Positions 1 to 10,966 of a DNA stretch of 64,000 nucleotides are shown one piece after another. The DNA is from Chiloscyllium plagiosum (lineage: Eukaryota), in assembly GCF_004010195.1 (NCBI RefSeq), contig NC_057718.1:65484287-65548286 (forward strand), given 5' to 3'. Every line of letters begins with the position of its first letter. Position 1 is the first letter of the stretch. The notes beneath the pieces were generated by a model, which ran no database searches, had not been told where the DNA came from, and worked only from the letters and a program-made list of their open reading frames with translations. The translations under genes were made by a program, and so were the position numbers.

Positions 1-213
1 GGTTTCCTCCAGGTGCTCTGGTTTCCTCCCACAGTCCAAAGATGTGCAGGTTAGGTGAATTGGTCATGCTAAATTGCCCATAGTGTTCAGGGATGTGTAG
101 GTTCGGTGCATTAGTCAGAGGTAAATATAGGGTAGGGCAATGGGTCTGGCTGGGTTACTGTCCAGACTTGTTGGGCCAAATGGTCTGTTTCCATACTGTA
201 GGGTATCTAATCT
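1..213 (+). mobile_element. HE1-type V-SINE, 3' part (cut by window edge)
   Basis: GGTTTCCTCC..GGTTTCCTCCCACAGTCCAAAGATGTGCAGG V-domain, CR1-like tail ending ATCTAATCTAA; matches 829-1139. Confidence 0.9.
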
Positions 214-229
214 AAAAAAAATCATATGA

Positions 230-1245
230 TAGAATTCTTCATTAACATGGAGTGAAGTAGTCACATCCAAAACTTAGGTCCTGGCAGGGCTCAAATTAAT
301 TGCCAAAGATGGACTGGAGAACTTTACTGAAAGGGCTGACAGTTCCTAGGCAATGGGTAACTTTTAAACAACAATTACAGTGACTATCCTGTCTGACACA
401 AAAATAAGGTGGTGCAAGCATGGCTTACAAAAGAAACAATGGACAGTATTAGATTCAAGCGGATAAATATAATTGCCAGAAAAAGCAGCGATCCTGAGGA
501 TTCACAGAATTTCAGAATTCAGCAAAAGAAGACAAAATGTTTCATCAAGATAGGAAAAGTACATGAGAGCAAAATTGCAGGAAACATAGAAATTGCCCAT
601 AAAAGATTCTATAAATATTGCTAATGACAAATGTAGGTCCCTTACAATCAGAAGGTAGGCAAATAATAGGGAACAAAGAAATAACAGAAGGATTGAACAC
701 CTACTTTGGTTTTATTTTCAATAAAGATGACACAAATAACTCCCCAGAGTGCTAGGGAATCAAGGGTCTAGTGAGAGGGCAGAACTAAAGGGAATCAATA
801 TTAGTAAGAAAATTGTGCAAAAGAAATTTGTGGGCGGCATGGTGGCACAGTGGTTAGCACTGTTGCTGCACAGCGCCAGAGACCCGGGTTCAAATCCCGC
901 CTCAGGTGACTGACTGTGTGGAGTTTGCACGTTCTCCCCGTGTCTGCGTGGGTTTCCTCCGGGTGCTCCGGTTTCCTCCCACAGCACCAAAAATGTGCAG
1001 GTCAGGTGAATTGGCCATGCTAAATTGCCCGTAGTGTTAGGTGCAAGGGTAAATGTAGGGGAATGGGTCTGGGTGGGTTGTGCTTCGGCGGGTCGGTGTG
1101 GACTTGTTGGGCCTGTTTCCACACTGTAAGTAATCTAATAAATTAATGGAATTAAAAGCTGACAAATCACCACAGCCTGATAGTCTACATGCTAGAGTAC
1201 AAAAGGAAGTAGACCTGAAAATATTGGATGTATTGGCAGTCATCA
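230..1245 (+). mobile_element. Old CR1 LINE ORF2 fragment interrupted by the SINE
   Basis: After 1140 it reads KLMELKADKSPQPDSLHARVQKEV, the CR1 ORF2 KSPGPDGLHPRVLKE motif. Confidence 0.75.
829..1139 (+). mobile_element. Full-length HE1-type tRNA-derived V-SINE nested in a CR1 fragment
   Basis: A-box TGGCACAGTGG, B-box GGTTCAAATCC, V-domain, LINE-like tail; AAATT at 824-828 and 1140-1144 as candidate TSD. Confidence 0.92.
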
Positions 1246-2709
1246 TAGTTTAGGAGATAATTCTTTGCCAGAGAATATATGATCCATGGAACAAGTTGAC
1301 ATTTTTTGTTGTAAAACCTAATTTGCTGAATTCCTTCAAGTTTGATCTGGATCTGTCCTTACTAGGGGGAAATTATGACCTCACACAAAATTTAGATCCA
1401 TGAGTAAATTCCTAGTTTTGATCACCTAAATGCGTCCAAAAGGAATTTTCCAAATTTCAAACTCACACTAACTGGCATACTTTATTTTTGATGTTTGCAC
1501 ACCAAGAGATAGTTTTGTGACAATGGGTTGCTTTCCATTTATTAATGTCCCTAACAGCAGTGCTACAGAAAAAAGATAAGGTCAAAAGTCCCACAACACT
1601 AGGTTATAGTCCTGGCTATAACAGGTTTATTTGAAATCATAAGCTTTCCTAATGCTGCCCTTTTGTCAGGTGAAGAGAGCATAATGGCACAGAACTTATA
1701 ATCAGAGAGATCAAACATTCATACAACTGGTCTGAGTGGAGTGTCAACAGGCTGAATAATAGGACTCTGCAGAGGACCAAGAGTGTCAGATGGTGTGAGT
1801 AAAATGTCAACAGCTGAATAACAAGTGAAAGGATGCGCATACACATTATCTGCACAGATGAGGAGGAATGCTATGGTCACCTAAAGATGCTGAAAGAGGC
1901 TCTCATAAGAATGGGATATGATGTTCAACCCACTGATTGCCAGTTCCAATGTGCCACAGCAAAAAACCTCAACAACTTCCTCAGAAGACAGACACAGGAT
2001 ACGACCGATAGAGTACCCTCCATCTTCTAGTACTTTGCTGGTGTGCAGAAACTGTGCCATGTTCTTCACAGCCTTCAACATGTCATTGATGATGACAAAC
2101 ATCTCGCCAAGATCATCCCTACATCTCCAGTTCTTGCCTTCAAATAACCGCCAAACCTTAAACAGACCATCGTTTGCAGCAAACCACACATCCATCAGGA
2201 CATTGACCACAACACCACACACCCTGCCATGGCAACATCTGCAAGACATGCCAGATCTTCAACATGGATACTACCATCACATGTGGGAACACCACCCACC
2301 ATGTACACAGCAGATACTATGTGACTCAGCCAATGTTGTCTACCTCATACCCTGCAGGCAAGGATGCCGCAAGGCATGGTATATTGGCAAGGCCGTGCAG
2401 ACACTAAGACAACAGATGAATGGACACCGCACAATGATCACTAGACAGGAATGTTCCCTTCCAGTTGGTCAAGGACATTCACCCTCCGATCTTCCGGTAA
2501 GTGTCCTCCAAGGCGGCCTTTGAGATCCACAACAATGCAGAATTGCCGAGCAGAAACTGATGGCCAAGTTCTATACGCATGAATTTGGTCTCAACCATGT
2601 TCTTGGGTTCACGTTGCGCTATGTGAACCCACCATACTGTTCTGTAAACTCTTCCTTACTGAGCTGTTTTGACACCATCACCTTGATAGCTTGTTATGAT
2701 CTGAAGAGA

Positions 2710-2948
2710 GCCTTCCCACCTATCCGCTCCAAGCTTCCCACTGACCAATCACAGCCACCTCCAACCTGCATGCACCTATAACCAATCCACCCCCTTTTCT
2801 CCCAAACTCACCCCTTCCATTTATTTTGTAGCCCCCTTCCCCTCCCCCAGTCCTGTTGAAAGGTTATGACCTGAAATGTTCACTACCCTCCTCCTCTGAT
2901 TATGCTTGACCTGCTGTGCTTTTTTCCAGCTCCACTGTTTATCCAACT
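2710..2948 (+). mobile_element. PLE family B 3' fragment nested in the family A element
   Basis: Similar to 45200-45440; decayed HHR CTGTTGAAAGGTTATGACCTGAAATGTT at ~2853-2880. Confidence 0.65.
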
Positions 2949-3364
2949 TGGTGTGATGTCTCTATCTAATTAGTTTGTACAGTTTTGGATTACTTGTTAC
3001 TTTGGTTAGACCCTCCGTATGCACCTCTTATACCAACCATATCATTCCAGCCATTTGGCCTGTCTCCAGCACCACCTTATTTTGAATTCTTTGTAAATAT
3101 CTTTTTGCCTCAATTAATCGGATTATAGAGCATTCCTTCACTTGTTATTCAGTTATTGACGCTTTACTCACACCGGTTGACAGTCTTGATCATCTGCAGA
3201 GACCTATTACTCAGCCTGTTGACACTCCACTCACACTATTTGCATGGTCTTTTGATCTCTCTGATTATAAATGCTGTGCCTGTGTGCTTCTCTTCCCTTC
3301 ACCTGATGAAGGGGCAGCCCTCCTAAAGCTTATGATTTCAAATAACCCTGTTGGACTAAAACCT

Positions 3365-3558
3365 AAAAATCACACAACACCAGGTTATAGTCCAACAGGT
3401 TTAATTGGAAGCACACTAGCTTTTGGAGCGTTGCTCCTTCATCAGGTGCGACGCTCCAAAAGCTAGTGCTTTCAATTAAACCTGTTGGACTATAACCTGG
3501 TGTTGTGTGATTTTTAACTTTGTACACCCCAGTCCAACACCGACATCTCCAAATCAGA
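3365..3558. mobile_element. Non-coding fold-back PLE family A mini-element inserted into the pLTR of the older element
   Basis: Inverted arms ~3365-3432 / ~3450-3516, ~40-nt tail to 3556; TSD ACTAAAA(C/T)CT at 3355-3364 and 3559-3568; near identical to 6003-6222. Confidence 0.88.
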
Positions 3559-3649
3559 ACTAAAATCTGGTGTTGTGTGACTTTTGAGTTGGCCCATCCC
3601 AGTCCAACAACGGCACCTCCACATCATGTAAATAAGGTAAAACTGTTCG

Positions 3650-3860
3650 TTCGCTCAGTTGGTTGGTGGATGCTGGTTTGCAATGCAGTATGATGTGAAC
3701 AGCATGGGTTCCAATTCTTTTTTGACTGAGGTTAGCAATGAAGGACTTTTCTCAACCTGTACCCTCACCTGCGGACCATCAGGTCAAACCACCACCGTCT
3801 CTCTCTCTCTCTCTCTGATACAGCAACTTCCTGTATTGTCCTACAGCGACTTTAGCTCTG
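3650..3860 (+). mobile_element. Degenerate tRNA-like SINE with (CT)n; related copy at ~37490-37700
   Basis: GCTCAGTTGG A-box-like and GGTTCCAATTC B-box-like motifs; shares GCTGGTTT..ATGCAG..AACAGCATGGGTT with 37490-37560. Confidence 0.55.
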
Positions 3861-4149
3861 CATAAATACAAATTTCTTTTTGTCAGAATTATTTCAAGCT
3901 TTTGATTTGAACCATAAAAGATCCACTATCACCATGTTGCAGTTTCTCCTTTTACTTAGCCTATAAAATTGTTTTGATCTAGTCTTTAACACTAACCTGT
4001 TGAAGCTAGAATACGCGTTAAGAAAGATTTACCGTTGTTTTCGGTTGTATCAATAGGTCCCACTGTGAAGTTCTATCTCTGTGTTGTGAATAATGTATAC
4101 TCATTGTAAATACACACAAAAGACATTCAAATTGATCTCTCCACTACCC

Positions 4150-5660
4150 CTTTAAATGAACTACCGCTCGGAGCTTGGCTTTGGTTTTTGGTCCGGACTT
4201 TATAAAAAGTAGGAACATCAACGCGAGATCCCCCTTCTTTTTTTTCTCTCTTGTAAAGTTATTGACGCATAAAGACAACAGGAATTTGTTTTCACGTCTG
4301 GCGCGCTCTTAAAGTCGGCATATACAAATAATAATAATCATCATAATAAGCAAAGCACGCTGGGTGGAGTGGTCCCTTCCCTTTAAGGAGTTTCGACGGA
4401 AGTGGTGGCGAATGCAACCTGATCCCTTGGTGAAATGCAGAGGTCCTGGAGCGGGAGGTTGTGTTTGCAGATACACACAGGAGGTGGAAAGCGGCCCGGA
4501 GCTGAGCCCAGCGCAAACAGCATGTGAGCACGGGAACACCGCAACAGTAATAGGGGCACTGAGTATCACCTCCACACACACACAGATACATCTGGATACA
4601 AACTTTCTATAATCTTCCCAACCTCTCAAACCAATGGAACCTATCACCAAGTGGACGCCGAAACAAGTGGTGGAGTGGATTAAAGGTAAATAACTTTGTG
4701 CTGTTTGTAACGGCGCACTTGACAACTCCTGGAGTGGCGGTCAGTCAGTATCTTACAACTTAAAGCAACATTGTTCTTCTGAGTCATTTCAAAAACTGAT
4801 GTGATTATGTGGAGCAGAGTTCGGATTCAACGAAACCTTAGTTTGGTGTTGTGGCTCCATTCAGGACTTGGATTTTTCTTCATTTTAATTATTAGTTCGG
4901 TGGGTTTCGTTTCCTTTCTCACGAGTGTTTATATAATTTAATTGCTACTTTTGTTGGAAAACCAAATGTATTTTCTTTGCCCCCGAACTTTAACTTGCTC
5001 GCCTCACCTTCTGTGGCTGTGGGGAAGGGGGAAAAAAAGTATCCCTGGTTGTCTGTGAATTAGGTTTTTTTCTTATCTGCCGGTGGTTGACCGACAACTC
5101 ACTGGCTCGGGAATCTCCCGGGGATCCCGGTTACTGCCGCTCTCGTTTGCAGGATGTCGGCGGCCTCTGCTGCAGTCCGGGCTCCGAGCACTGTTCGGTT
5201 TTCAGCGCTGTCACCGCTGTTTGAGCCGAACATTGAAGAATATCCAACCGATCCAACTTCTCCCGGTGGACCAGTTCACTTCGGCTGAAAGCGATGGGAC
5301 GTGCCCGCGAACTCTTTTTTTTAAAGTAAAGCTTTCAAATGTCAGAGTTTCTGTTCGACGTCGTTCGACAGAGCTCAATATTTATTTTAAAGGTTTTTTA
5401 AAACAAAAACAGTTCATATTCCATTGGAATACCAACTGGGGAAGGACAGAGGTGCTGAGTCAGCTAGTTTCTGACTGGAAAGGAAGCGGCCGCTTCTATT
5501 CGACTTTTGGCGAGGATTCGCCGTGCATCCAGTGTTTACTGTAAACTGGAGACTAATGCAAATATGTGGGCGCCCTCCTGGGATCGGGCTTGTTAACATG
5601 GTCTTGGTGAATAGTTCATTGAAATTTGGTGTTTGGCCTCGCACGTGATTGATGGCCATT
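4150..5660 (+). promoter_or_regulatory. CpG-rich promoter / 5' UTR / first-intron region of CNKSR3
   Basis: Visibly many CpGs compared with the CpG-depleted remainder; surrounds exon 1; TATAAAA at 4201, TGACGCA at 4263, ETS-like CGGAAGTG at 4397, CACGTG at 5642. The TSS cannot be determined. Confidence 0.7.
4634..4685 (+). CDS. CNKSR3: CNKSR3 coding exon 1 (start of SAM domain, MEPITKWTPKQVVEWIK/G)
   Basis: ATG at 4634; 52 nt ending AAG|GTAAAT donor (phase 1). Peptide resembles the CNKSR3 N-terminus as recalled (MEPVTKWSPKQVVDWTRG) and lacks the MALI extension of CNKSR2. Confidence 0.93.
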
Positions 5661-6095
5661 TGGGTGAGATGAAGACGCTGGAGCTGTGCTGAAGTGAACC
5701 ATTGCTGAACATTTTTTACAGTTCGGGCTGAAAAATCTCTTTTAGTTCTAATACCAGGAGCATAGAAAGACAGTGCAAAAAAGATGCCACGTAGGGCGAC
5801 TTATGTACAGAATGTGTTCTACCTTCTGGCAGCTTGGGGATTTTTGAGACCATAAAACATAGGAGCACAAGAAGGTCATTCCGTCCATCCAGCCCACTCC
5901 ACCACTCAATGAGATCATTGTTGATCTGATAATCTGTAACTCTCACTTTCCAGCCTTTTCTCCCCATACCCCTTGATTCTCTTAGTGATTTAAAAATATG
6001 GATCATGATTTGGAGATGCCGGTGTTGGACTGGGGTGTACAAAGTTAAAAATCACACAACACCAGGTTATAGTCCAACAGGTTTAATTGGAAGCA

Positions 6096-6130
6096 CACTA
6101 GCTTTCGGAGCGACGCTCCTTCATCAGGTG
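6096..6130 (-). ncRNA. Minimal type I hammerhead ribozyme motif (intact core, antisense copy)
   Basis: Exact reverse complement of 6140-6174. Confidence 0.82.
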
Positions 6131-6139
6131 AAGGACAAT

Positions 6140-6174
6140 CACCTGATGAAGGAGCGTCGCTCCGAAAGCTAGTG
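6140..6174 (+). ncRNA. Minimal type I hammerhead ribozyme motif (intact core)
   Basis: CAC-CUGAUGA-A-GGAGC-GUC-GCUCC-GAA-AG/CU-A^-GUG: stem I CAC/GUG, 5-bp stem II, palindromic AGCU stem III, CUA cleavage triplet. Confidence 0.82.
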
Positions 6175-6232
6175 CTTCCAATTAAACCTGTTGGACTATA
6201 ACCTGGCGTTGTGATTTTTAACTAAAAATATG

Positions 6233-6392
6233 GAGAAAGTGAGGATTGCAGATGCTATAGATCAGAGTCAAGTGCGTGTTGCTGGAAAAGCACAGCAGGT
6301 CAGGTAGCATCTGAGTAGCAGGAGAATTGCTGTTTCGGGCATAAGCCCTTCATCAATCAGATGGACTTTCCTGGTCAGCGTTCCTGACTCTG
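6233..6392 (-). mobile_element. PLE family B 3' fragment, truncated in the HHR core
   Basis: Reverse reads TGATGAAGGGCTTATGCCCGAAAC..GATGCTACCTGACCTGCTGTGCTTTTCCAGC; TTAAAAATATG recurs at 5990-6000 and 6396-6406. Confidence 0.8.
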
Positions 6393-6427
6393 ATTTTAAA
6401 AATATGTCCATTTCCACCTTTTTACAT

Positions 6428-7571
6428 ATAGGTGTTCAACAAGGTTCCCCATGGGAGACTGATTAGCAAGATTTGATCTCATGGAATACAGGGAGAACGA
6501 GCCATTTGGATACAGAACTAGCTCGAAGGACAGAGAGGGTGGTGGTGGATGGTTGTTTTTCAGACTGGAGGGCTATGACTAGTGGTGTGCCCCAAGAATC
6601 GATGCTGGATCTACTACTTTTTAATCAGTTATATAAATGATTTGGATGTGAGCTTTACAGGTATTGTTAGTAAGTTTGCAGATGACCCTAAAATTGAAGG
6701 TGTAGTGGACAGCGAAGGAGATTACCTCAGAATACAATGGGATCTTCATCAGATGGACTGATGAGTGGCAGATGGAGTTTAATTTAGATAAATGTGGGAA
6801 GCTACATTTTGGAAAGGCAAATCAAGGCAGGACTTATACCCTTAATGGTAAGGTCTTGGGGAGTGTTGCTAAACAAAGAGACCTTGGACTGCAGGTTCAT
6901 AGTTCCTTTGAAAGTAGAGTTGCAGGTTGATAGGATAGTGACAAAGGCATTTAGAATGCTTTCCTTTATAGGACTGAGTATTGAGTATAGAAGTTGGGAG
7001 GTCAGTTCAGCTGTACAGGATATTGGTTAGGCCCCTTTTGGAAAATTGTGTCCAATTCTGGTCTCCCTCCCATAGGAAGGATGTTGTGAAACTTGAAAGG
7101 GTTCAGAAAAGTTTTTTACAAGGATGTTACCAGGGTTGGAGGATTTGAGCTATAGGGAGATGTTGGATGGGCTGAGGCTGTTTTCCCGAAGCATTGGACG
7201 CTGAATGGTGACCGTATAGAGATTTATAAAATCATGAGAGGCACAGTTGAGTAAATAGACAGTCTTTTTCCCTGGGGTGGGGGAGTCCAGAACTAGAGGG
7301 TTTAGGGTGAGTGTGGAAAGATTTAAAAGGGATCAAGGGGGCAACTTTTTCATGCAGAGGGGTGGTGCGTGTATGGAATGAGTTACCAGAGGAAGTGGTG
7401 GAGGCTGGTAAAATTGTAACATTTAAAAGGCATCTGGATGGGTATATGAATAGGAATGGTTTAGAGGGATATGGGCCAAGTGCTGGCAAATGGGACTAGA
7501 TTAGGTTAGGATGTCTGGGCAGCATAGACGCATTGGACTGAAGGGTCTTTATCCGTGGTGTGCATCTCTAT
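6428..7571 (+). mobile_element. HER1/CR1 LINE 3' fragment (RT C-terminus and 3' UTR)
   Basis: KFADD, EFNLDKC, VRVWNELPEEVVEAG..FKRHLDGYM motifs with frameshifts. Confidence 0.92.
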
Positions 7572-8599
7572 ACTTAATGACACAATGGCACTCTTCACTG
7601 CAGATTCACCATCACCTTAAATGAGTGACCCTTTTTTTTCTGAGATTATACCCTTGTGGGACCTAGACTCTCCCACAAGGTGAAACAACCACTCTGCATC
7701 TAACCTATCAAGTCCCCTCTTAAGTCTTACATGATTCAGTAAGGTTGCTCTCATTCTCTTCATCGCCATCGATGAGAAGCCTAACCTACTTAGAAAACAA
7801 TTTTTAAAAATGCTGATCGAAAAAGGTTTGTATTTGGTGCTGTCCTCTTTCGTCTTGCATTGATATTCAGCAGCCAAAGTATGTTCACTGTGCACTTATC
7901 TGTTTCTGCAGAAAATACAGTCTAACTGATTACCTGTCCTTTTGAACTTTGACATATTTAGATAGCCTCACTATGTCAGCATATTTCTATCCACCAATAT
8001 TTTTTGGTATTCTATCTTGCATGGACTGTACGGTTTTACGAAGTCGGTCAGATCTGAGGACAACTTCATCCACTGGTAGAATAGACTGACAAGGATAAAC
8101 ATAGAAAATGTGAGGCGGAACATTTGATGGGAAGAAATGGTAGGTCACGTATTACTTGTAAGGTGCAAGTCTTGATGGAGTAGAGGAGCAAAGGGATTTT
8201 GGAGCACAAATTCACCATTCACTGAAAGTAGCACCACTGGTTAAGGTATAAAGCAAACTAAACACCACATTTTATTTACCTATTTACTTAATATTATTTA
8301 TTTAATAATTGAAATGTAGGGCACTTGTATTGAACTTACTGGGGAAAGGCATGACTAGAGGCCATCAGTATAAAATATTTACTGAGAAATTTTAATGGGG
8401 AATTCAGAAGTGACTACAGTGTACAGGTATTTGACAAATGGCAAAACATTGAATTTTACAACTTGTGACCACAGAGTTGTTGAAGTGAATATTGTGTATG
8501 CAATTGAGAGAGAACTGGACAAGCAAACGGAAGGAATAAAAACAATGTGCTTGAAATATTCAGCATGTTCAATGACTTCAGTGGAGAGAAACATAATGG

Positions 8600-8740
8600 T
8601 TCTGGTTGCTGACTGTTCTTTCCATTTCCTGATGAAAGGTCATCAACTTGAAATGTTAACTGTTTCCCTCCAGAGGTGCTGCCTGACTTGAAGGTTTACC
8701 CTTTTTGCTTCAGATTTTCAGCATCTGAAATATTTTTTGC
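8600..8740 (+). mobile_element. Old PLE pLTR fragment with decayed HHR
   Basis: CCTGATGAAAGGTCATCAACTTGAAATGTTAACT..TGCTGCCTGACTTG..CAGCATCTG. Confidence 0.6.
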
Positions 8741-9242
8741 TAAACATTTGAAGGGAATAAGGGTTAACAATAATAGGTTTAAAGTGGTGAGATGAGATTA
8801 AGCATTTGTGGACCGGCACAATAAGAGTCAGCATGAAAATATTGGTCTAATGTCCTGTTTCTGTCTTGTGTATTTCATGAAATATGACAGACCGCTTCAA
8901 ACATAATGTAACAAATATATATAAGAAGGATATTCAGACTTTTCTAATATATCTATTTGTCAAAGTCTTTAGAAGTTTGCAATCTACTGATGCATGATTG
9001 TGTAATAAAATCTGCAAAGAAACTAATCGTTTAAATTTAATTTTTTTTTTAAGAATTAATATCTGTAGGAGCCATTTTCCATTTATGTGTTGCTCAGCTG
9101 TTCTCCTTGATAAGGTGGCCCAGAGAAAGCAAACATAATCCTGCCTCCTCTTAAACCCAATGCCTTCTGCTGCAGCATATGCAGATGCAATTGTCATGCC
9201 GGAGATGGGACTCCTAAGCCACACCAGGCAATTATATTTGGG

Positions 9243-9640
9243 AGGTGAAAGTGGGTACTGCAGATGCTGGAGATTAGAGTAGTGCTGGAAAAGCACAGCA
9301 GATCAGGCAGCATCTGAGGAACAGAAATATAGATGTTTAGGGTAAAAGCCCTTCATCAGGAATGAGGCTGGGACCCTCTGGCTTTGCTAGTGCCAATTAT
9401 TGCATAAATGTTTTGCTAGGGATAGCAGTGTTCTACTTGGAGAATTGTGAAATTTTAGAGCCTGCCAGTGAAAATACAAAGATTTTGCTTAGCGTACTAA
9501 AAGCAAAATGCCACAAATGTTGGAAATTGAACCGAACACTCAAAATGCTGGAGAAACCCAGAAGACCTGTCAGCATCTGTGGAAACTAAAAAAAAAAGTA
9601 AATGATTTGAGTCTGAGATTCTTCTTCAGAACTCAAAATT
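9243..9640 (-). mobile_element. Two PLE pLTR fragments (family B at 9243-9385; family D-like at ~9500-9635)
   Basis: TGCTGGAAAAGCACAGCAGATCAGGCAGCATC..GCCCTTCATCAGGAATG and TGCTGGAGAAAC..CAGCATCTGTGG..TTCTTCAGAACT. Confidence 0.7.
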
Positions 9641-10823
9641 CCAGCTTCTGCTATGGTAGGATTTGAACCTAGATTACTAGTAGTGGGGGAATAGTATATT
9701 CTTGTTGGACAAACCACATTAGTAATTTAGCTCCTCTTCAAAATTTTCTACTATCTGTACATTTCTCAGACTTGTAGACATGTATGGCACAAAAGGAAGT
9801 CAGTTGGCCCATCATGCCTGTGCTGGTTGATAGAGATCTGACTACATTAATCCCATTTTCTAGCTTTTAGCCCATAGCCAGGAGGCTATTGTAATGCAAA
9901 TGAAAATATAAATACTGCGTAAATGTTTTGAAAGGTTCTGACTCCCTCATCCTTTGAAGCCGTGACTCTCCCCAACCTGTGAGTGAAAACAATTTCCACT
10001 CTTTCTTAGCCTCTACCTCTTAAATTCATGTTACCTGGTTATTAACCATTTTACTGACAGTGTCTTCCAATTAACCCTACTTGTGCCTCTTCATAATGTT
10101 ATCCATCTGCTATCAAGGCTCCTCTCAACCTTCCCTGCAAATCATGCTTCAAGGAAAGTAACCTTAGCCTTCAGATTTTCTTTGAGCTTAGATCTTCCAA
10201 GCCAGGCAGCATCCTGGTAAACCTCTTCTACACTGTTTCTATTTCACTTGCATCTTTCTAATGATGTGGTGATCAGGTGTTTGTGCATCACTCTACTGTA
10301 GTTGTGACCTAACCAGTGTTTTCTTCAGTTTCAGCATAATCTGCCTTTGCTAATAAATGTGAGCTGCCTTAATCATCTTTCATTACTTTGAGATCTGTGG
10401 ATATGCACACCAAGGTCCTTCTGATCTTCACTATTTTCTGGGATCCTAACCCATTAACAGTGTAATCACTTGCATTGTTAACTCTTCCACATGCATTACC
10501 TCTGTCCTTCCCGAATTAAATTCCATTTGCCACTGCTTTGCCCACCTGACCATTTTTTATTGATATGTTCCTCAGTATTTTGCACCTGACCAATTTCCCG
10601 TCATCTTAAACTTTTTGATCATACTCCTGACATTTTGAATTCAATCACTGACATACACCACAAACAGCACGTACCCCAGTTCCAAGGTTTGCAGAACTCC
10701 ACACAGGTTTTCGTTTGCAGAAATAAACATCTGCCATTACCTTTGCATCTTTCTTCAAAGCCAATTTTAAATCCAGTGTGTTACTTTGCTTTGCTTTGGT
10801 TACTATGACTGTGATTTCTTACC

Positions 10824-10907
10824 GGATGCTGCCTGAATTGCTGTGCTCTTCCAGCACCACTGATCCAGAATCTGGTTTCCAGCATCTGCAGTCATTGTTT
10901 TTACCTT
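10824..10907 (+). mobile_element. 84-bp PLE family B 3' terminal insertion
   Basis: GGATGCTGCCTGAATTGCTGTGCTCTTCCAGCAC..CCAGCATCTGCAGTC; perfect 14-bp TSD TGTGATTTCTTACC at 10810-10823 and 10908-10921. Confidence 0.85.
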
Positions 10908-10966
10908 TGTGATTTCTTACCTGTCTACTACAAAGGACCTCACCAAAAGCCTTGGTAAAATGCAAT

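Larger units (their letters stand above)
1583..3631 (+). mobile_element. Penelope-like element (family A), 5'-truncated, with inverted pLTR and GIY-YIG remnant
   Basis: ORF 1918-2523 contains NVVYLIPCRQGCRKAWYIGKAVQTLRQQMNGH (GIY-YIG); 1583-1835 is the reverse complement of ~3130-3360 plus 3560-3590; ATAAGGT at 1576-1582 and 3632-3638. Confidence 0.88.
6003..6222. mobile_element. Young non-coding fold-back PLE family A mini-element with two hammerhead motifs
   Basis: Arms 6043-6131 and 6139-6223 are near-perfect inverted repeats around a 7-nt spacer; ~40-nt unpaired tail 6003-6042; perfect TSD TAAAAATATGGA at 5991-6002 and 6223-6234. Confidence 0.93.
5850..6420 (-). mobile_element. CR1 3' end remnant, interrupted by two PLE insertions
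   Basis: Reverse-strand CR1 3' UTR (CATAAAACATAGGAGCA..CCCCATACCCCTTGATT) resumes after 6406. Confidence 0.65.

Noticed and set aside
832..905. tRNA gene
   Set aside because: A and B boxes belong to a SINE head that continues into the V-domain and LINE tail.
4292..4725. Minus-strand ORFs over exon 1
   Set aside because: Antisense shadows of the GC-rich 5' region with no protein features.
5083..5544. 153-aa ORF in intron 1
   Set aside because: GTG start, no recognisable domain; expected by chance in GC-rich sequence.
6043..6223. DNA-transposon MITE interpretation of the hairpin
   Set aside because: Arms match the pLTR of the GIY-YIG element at 1583-3631, carry hammerheads, are asymmetric, and TSD lengths vary between copies.
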